Below, piece after piece: positions 59,713-64,000 of a DNA stretch of 64,000 nt; within the stretch, counting starts at the first letter, position 1; every line of letters starts with the position of its first letter. The notes under the pieces are model-generated. The model saw only the letters and a list, made by a program, of their open reading frames with translations, made no database searches and was not told where the DNA came from. Source of the stretch: an uncultured Candidatus Micrarchaeota archaeon (lineage in GTDB: Archaea; Micrarchaeota; Micrarchaeia; Micrarchaeales; Micrarchaeaceae); the NCBI GenBank assembly GCA_963741095.1, contig CAVUGN010000005.1:128001-192000 (forward strand), in the 5' to 3' direction. The translations under genes and the position numbers were made by a program.

Positions 59713-61094
59713 ACAATTTTGAAGTCGAATACAAGACGATAAGCAGCGTTGCTGGACCTTTGGTGGTGGTCGAGAAGGTCAGGAACGCAGCCTACAACGA
59801 AGTGGTAAGGATAAAGATGCCGAACGGCGAGGAGAGGCTTGGCCAGGTGCTTGAGAGCACGTCGAAGCACGCGGTCGTGCAGGTCTTCGGCCAGACCAGC
59901 GGCATGAACATCAGCGAGACCTCCGTGAGCTTCTTGGGGGAAACATTCAAGATCGGGGTGTCTGACGAGATGCTTGGAAGGGTCTTCGACGGACAGGGAA
60001 GGCCGAGGGACATAAAGTCGAATGTCGTTTACAAAGAAAGAAAGGACATAAACGGTGAGCCGATAAACCCGTCGGCGAGGGCGATGCCCAAGGATTTCAT
60101 CCAGACGGGCGTGTCAGCGATAGACGGATTGGCTACCCTGGTTAGGGGACAGAAGCTGCCGATATTCTCCGGCTCAGGATTGAAGCACAACGAGCTTGCC
60201 GCCCAGATAACGAGGCAGGCGAAGGTCAGGGGAACCACGGAGAATTTCGCAGTCGTGTTCGCCGGAATCGGCATAACCTACGACGACTCCGCGTTCTTCA
60301 TAAACGACCTCAGGAAGACAGGAGCGCTCAAGAGGACGGTCGCGTTCATCAACCTCGCGGACGACCCGAGCATAGAGCGTATACTCACGCCGAGGCTGGC
60401 ACTCACGACAGCGGAGTACCTTGCGTACAGCATGGACATGCACGTGCTTGTCATACTTACGGACATGACGAACTACTGCGAAGCGCTCAGGGAGCTCTCA
60501 AGCGCAAGGGAGGAGGTGCCGGGCAGGAGAGGCTATCCGGGATACATGTACACGGACCTTGCGAGCATATACGAAAGGGCAGGACTGATACTCGGCAAGA
60601 AGGGCAGCATAACCCAATTGAACATACTCACGATGCCCAGCGACGATATAACGCACCCGATACCGGACCTTACCGGTTACATTACCGAGGGCAACATATA
60701 CCTGAGCAGGGAGCTTTCCAACAAGAATGTCTACCCGCCGATAAACCCGCTCAGCTCTTTGTCGAGGCTTATGAACAACGGCATAGGCAAGGGCAAGACA
60801 AGAGAGGATCATAGGGGTGTCGCAGACCAATTGTACGGAGCATACTCGAAGGCGCAGGAAGCGAAGAGCCTCAGCTCGATAGTCGGAACCGAGGCGCTGA
60901 GCGAAAGCGACAGGCAGTACCTGAAGTTCGGCGAACGTTTTGAAAAGGAGTTCCTATCGCAGGGGCCTTACGAGGACAGGGACATAGAGAAGACGCTCAA
61001 CATAGGCTGGGACCTGCTTTCGATGTTCGACAAGACCGAGCTCACGAGAGTGAAGTCGGAGTACATCGAGAAGTACTACAAGCAAAAGGCATGA
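59709..61094 (+). CDS. atpB: A/V-type ATP synthase subunit B
   Basis: [26 protein letters not shown] and [14 protein letters not shown] motifs. Confidence 0.97.
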   Translation: MNNFEVEYKTISSVAGPLVVVEKVRNAAYNEVVRIKMPNGEERLGQVLESTSKHAVVQVFGQTSGMNISETSVSFLGETFKIGVSDEMLGRVFDGQGRPRDIKSNVVYKERKDINGEPINPSARAMPKDFIQTGVSAIDGLATLVRGQKLPIFSGSGLKHNELAAQITRQAKVRGTTENFAVVFAGIGITYDDSAFFINDLRKTGALKRTVAFINLADDPSIERILTPRLALTTAEYLAYSMDMHVLVILTDMTNYCEALRELSSAREEVPGRRGYPGYMYTDLASIYERAGLILGKKGSITQLNILTMPSDDITHPIPDLTGYITEGNIYLSRELSNKNVYPPINPLSSLSRLMNNGIGKGKTREDHRGVADQLYGAYSKAQEAKSLSSIVGTEALSESDRQYLKFGERFEKEFLSQGPYEDRDIEKTLNIGWDLLSMFDKTELTRVKSEYIEKYYKQKA

Positions 61095-61098
61095 GATT

Positions 61099-61731
61099 GT
61101 GGCAATCAACCCGACAAGGATGAACCTCATCAGCACAAAGAAGAAGATAGGCCTTGCCAAGAGGGGGTACACGCTCCTGAAGAGGAAAAGGGAGGTGCTC
61201 GTCATAGAGTTCCTCAAGCTGCTCAACGATTCCACGAAGGACCGCGGCTACATGCAGGAAGTGCTGCAGAACTCCTACAAGACCCTGGCGCTCTCGTCCA
61301 CCTACATCGGCGACATTCCGCTTGACGAGGCTGCGAATTACATAAAGGAGCCGCAGCCGATAAGGATACAATCGAAGAACATCATGGGCGTGAGAATCCC
61401 AGAGATAGAGCACAGCAACGAGAACCCCAACATACTGGACAGGGGTTATTCGCTTCTGTCGACGAGCGTAGCGGTCGACGATGTCAACGAATCCTTCAAC
61501 GAGGTCTTGAACACAGTGGTAGACGTTGCGAAGAGGGAACAGGGCCTGAAGAGGCTTGTCCTCGAGGTCGAGAAGGTCAAGAGAAGGGTCAACGCGCTCG
61601 AGTACGTGCTGCTCCCGAACCTGAACAAGCAGACCAAGTACATATCGATGAGGCTTGAGGAGATAGAGAGGGACACCTTCTCGGGACTGAAGCACGTGAA
61701 GAAGAGGCTTGAGGAGAAAGAGGAGGACTGA
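61099..61731 (+). CDS. atpD: A/V-type ATP synthase subunit D
   Basis: PTRMNL, GYTLLKRKR and RRVNALE motifs. Confidence 0.95.
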   Translation: MAINPTRMNLISTKKKIGLAKRGYTLLKRKREVLVIEFLKLLNDSTKDRGYMQEVLQNSYKTLALSSTYIGDIPLDEAANYIKEPQPIRIQSKNIMGVRIPEIEHSNENPNILDRGYSLLSTSVAVDDVNESFNEVLNTVVDVAKREQGLKRLVLEVEKVKRRVNALEYVLLPNLNKQTKYISMRLEEIERDTFSGLKHVKKRLEEKEED

Positions 61732-61737
61732 TTCATC

Positions 61738-62481
61738 TTACTTTTTGCCGTGCTCGTCGAAAACCCTCTTGTAGGTGTCGAGAGTGCCTATGTCGTACCA
61801 CTTGCCATGGTAGACGTGGCCGCGCACCACAGTGTTTTCCGACAGCCATTTTATGAAATACCCGGGGCTGTCAGGGTTGTTCCCGTCCTTCAGGTATTCT
61901 TCGAATTTGCCCAGCGATTCCTTCGGAAATATGTATATCCCGGTGCTTATGAGCGTCGATTTCGGTTTTTCCGGCTTCTCCTCGAACGAGACTATCCGGT
62001 TGTTTTTCAGCGCGACCACACCGAATTTTTTCGCCTCTTTCTTGGAGCGTATGTTGTAGAGGCCGACCACAGGCTTCCGGTGCCTGTTGAAGTCGGCGAT
62101 CGCGTCCTTGAGGCTGAAGTCGTAGAGGTTGTCGCCCGCCACGATGATGAGATCGCTGTCGATGCGCGCCTTCTTGATCGCGTAGTTTATCCCTCGTATG
62201 GCCCCGAACTTCTCGGCGTTGCTCATTGTCTTCTCAATGACCATGTCTATCTTGATGTTGTGCTTGCGGGATATGTTGTTGATCCAGTAGCCGAAGTGGC
62301 CGAGGAACTTCGCGTTGGTCGAGAGCATTATGTCCTTCACTTCGGAGTCCAGCAGGTCCTCGAAGATGTACTCGACTATGGGCTTGCCGCTCCGGTCGGT
62401 GGGCAGCATTGCCTTTGGCATGAAATATGTTATCGGCTCGAGCCTTGTCGCGAAGCCGCCGCAGAGCATCAATGCTTTCAT
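61738..62481 (-). CDS. Sugar-phosphate nucleotidyltransferase
   Basis: LCGGFATRL...PKAML, AGDN, FEEKP and WYDIGT motifs. Confidence 0.92.
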   Translation of the reverse strand: MKALMLCGGFATRLEPITYFMPKAMLPTDRSGKPIVEYIFEDLLDSEVKDIMLSTNAKFLGHFGYWINNISRKHNIKIDMVIEKTMSNAEKFGAIRGINYAIKKARIDSDLIIVAGDNLYDFSLKDAIADFNRHRKPVVGLYNIRSKKEAKKFGVVALKNNRIVSFEEKPEKPKSTLISTGIYIFPKESLGKFEEYLKDGNNPDSPGYFIKWLSENTVVRGHVYHGKWYDIGTLDTYKRVFDEHGKK

Positions 62482-62532
62482 GTGATCATGCATGAAGATA
62501 TTCAAATTAATCTTTAAATATGCATTACCGGA

Positions 62533-63606
62533 TCAGAAAAACAGGCTGGGGATGTGCCCAGCTATTGACTGATAGGCCTCGCAGGAGGTCCAGCAGGCGG
62601 GTTCTTTGCCTTCCTTTATGAGCGATCTCACCCCTTCCGCGTCCTTGCTGCGCCATAGCGGTTCGAGGTCATAGGCGGTCTCGCGCACATTGCCGAGCCT
62701 CCAGTCCCACATTATCGAGGGGTAGACCTCTCCGCCGCTGGAAAGGAAGAGCGACGCCTCGAGGCTCCTGGTCCTCATCGGCGGCTTGCCCGTCTTGATG
62801 TAGTCCACGAGTCTCCTCAGATAGGCGCTCTCCATCATCTGCACCGGCCCGAATCGAAGCTCCCTCTTTCTTATGAAATTCCTGAGCTCTTCCGACATCA
62901 CGATGTTGTCGGCGTGCATGTCGGTGTCCTTGTTGCCGTAGTATATGTTGGAGACCTGGCTCAGGTTGACATGGAAGTCGTTGCGCGTGACCCAGTCATG
63001 CTCGCCCTTGACCGCCTTGTAGGTCTGCTCCAAGGCACCCTGGTTGAACTTGCTCATTGTGTAGCCGAACAGGAACGACACGCCCTTGTTCTGCCCGCGC
63101 ATTTCATGCAGGCGCCCCGCAAGGTCCATCACCCTGTCGAAGTTTCCCTTGACGCCGCGGATCCTGTCGTGCACCTCCCTGTAGCCGTCAAGGCTCAGCG
63201 TCAAAACTATGCGAGGCACGCCCAACTCGAGCATCTGCTCCACTCTTTTCGTGATCATGTCGCTGCTGCAGAGGGAGTTGGTCGGCGTAGAGATCAGGTA
63301 GAGGCCCTTCGAATTGGCCAGGAACGAATTGGCTATCTCGACAATCTCGCTCCTCAGGAACGGCTCGCCGCCGGTGAGCTCTATCCATTTGAAATAGCTG
63401 TTCTTCTTCGCGAACTCTGTTATCTCGTCCAGCGATAATTCCTTGCTGGGCTTCTGCTTCCATATGCTGCAGGTCTCGCACCTTGACTGGCATCGGTAGG
63501 TTATCGCGTAGTTCAGCTTGTAGGGATGGCTGAGCCGGGCCACGTTGCTCTTCAGGACCGTCATGCCGAGGCCCGCGAACCTGCTTGCAGATCTCAAGGT
63601 GTCCAC
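62533..63606 (-). CDS. Radical SAM protein with a SPASM/twitch-like C-terminus
   Basis: CQSRCETC, TGGEPFLR, SLDG...HDRIRG and GEVYP...LGNV motifs. Confidence 0.9.
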   Translation of the reverse strand: MDTLRSASRFAGLGMTVLKSNVARLSHPYKLNYAITYRCQSRCETCSIWKQKPSKELSLDEITEFAKKNSYFKWIELTGGEPFLRSEIVEIANSFLANSKGLYLISTPTNSLCSSDMITKRVEQMLELGVPRIVLTLSLDGYREVHDRIRGVKGNFDRVMDLAGRLHEMRGQNKGVSFLFGYTMSKFNQGALEQTYKAVKGEHDWVTRNDFHVNLSQVSNIYYGNKDTDMHADNIVMSEELRNFIRKRELRFGPVQMMESAYLRRLVDYIKTGKPPMRTRSLEASLFLSSGGEVYPSIMWDWRLGNVRETAYDLEPLWRSKDAEGVRSLIKEGKEPACWTSCEAYQSIAGHIPSLFF

Positions 63607-63661
63607 GCTGATACCACACTTTTTCCTTATTTAAACCTTCAGTGGCGGGATTTCGGAATCA

Positions 63662-64000
63662 TCATTTCTTGGCGCCGGGCTTCAGGGAGGATATTATCTG
63701 GTCGACTATGAGCTTCGCCAGCTTCTTGTTCTCAGGCGTGTTCTCGATGACCACCAGCTTCATGTCCTCGGGCATCCAGGGATAGCTGTTGGGGTTGCCC
63801 GCGTCCTTGAACGCTATGCTCTTGCGCTCCAGGACGTCGAAGTATTCGCTCGCATCCACGCCGTAGGCGACCTGGATCTCTTCCGGCGTCGTGGCGTCCG
63901 CGTACATCAGGGCGCCGCCCTCGAGCTCCGCCAGGGCCTCAAAATCGGAGAGCAGGCTCTTGGAAAGCACCTTGTCGTTCCCGCCCTTTCCGATCTTCTG
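63662..64000 (-). CDS. Partial hypothetical protein (5' end outside the window)
   Basis: The frame is open to the window edge. Confidence 0.55.
   Translation of the reverse strand, partial: QKIGKGGNDKVLSKSLLSDFEALAELEGGALMYADATTPEEIQVAYGVDASEYFDVLERKSIAFKDAGNPNSYPWMPEDMKLVVIENTPENKKLAKLIVDQIISSLKPGAKK

Noticed and set aside
57943-61094. Inteins in ATP synthase subunits A and B
   Set aside because: The lengths (589 and 461 aa) are standard and no insertion follows the Walker A region.
7609-62517. Long antisense ORFs (e.g. 7609-8445, 33632-34498, 41510-42220, 54408-55289, 61750-62517)
   Set aside because: They are shadows of well-supported genes, expected from GC3-rich codon usage, and carry no motifs.

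Overview
Archaeal chromosome segment, most consistent with a DPANN (Micrarchaeota-like) genome: archaeal A/V-type ATP synthase operon (H-I-K-E-C-F-A-B-D), a class III signal-peptide pilin, TATA promoters with short leaders, and tRNA-Glu and tRNA-Thr without encoded CCA. Housekeeping genes include sua5, dcd, thrC, folC, pyk, trpS, a DEAD-box helicase, a peroxiredoxin and sugar-nucleotide enzymes. The main discovery is a fully delimited 5.5-kb cargo-carrying unit transposon (9689-15223). It has perfect 40-bp terminal inverted repeats containing three TGGTAA sub-repeats, a 9-bp target duplication, a central SWIM/Zn-ribbon/IS6-like DDE transposase, two unannotated micro-ORFs, and cargo of a Type IIG restriction-modification enzyme and a divergent TGT-fold protein. 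Other notable items: (1) two large surface glycoprotein genes (one about 10.7 kb, with 8 near-identical 315-bp repeats and two PA14 domains) that share a C-terminal domain and a LIPLxGSG-TM-RRRR tail and converge on a presenilin-like GxGD protease; (2) an AbiE toxin-antitoxin cassette bracketed by two related 12-6-12 palindromes; (3) three tandem ankyrin genes sharing a non-ankyrin N-terminal leader; (4) a divergent DUF1599-dcd pair; (5) a membrane-anchored wHTH-DUF4382 regulator facing an ABC operon. Frameshifts cluster in accessory genes and may be sequencing errors. All family calls come from motif recognition by eye; no database searches were run.
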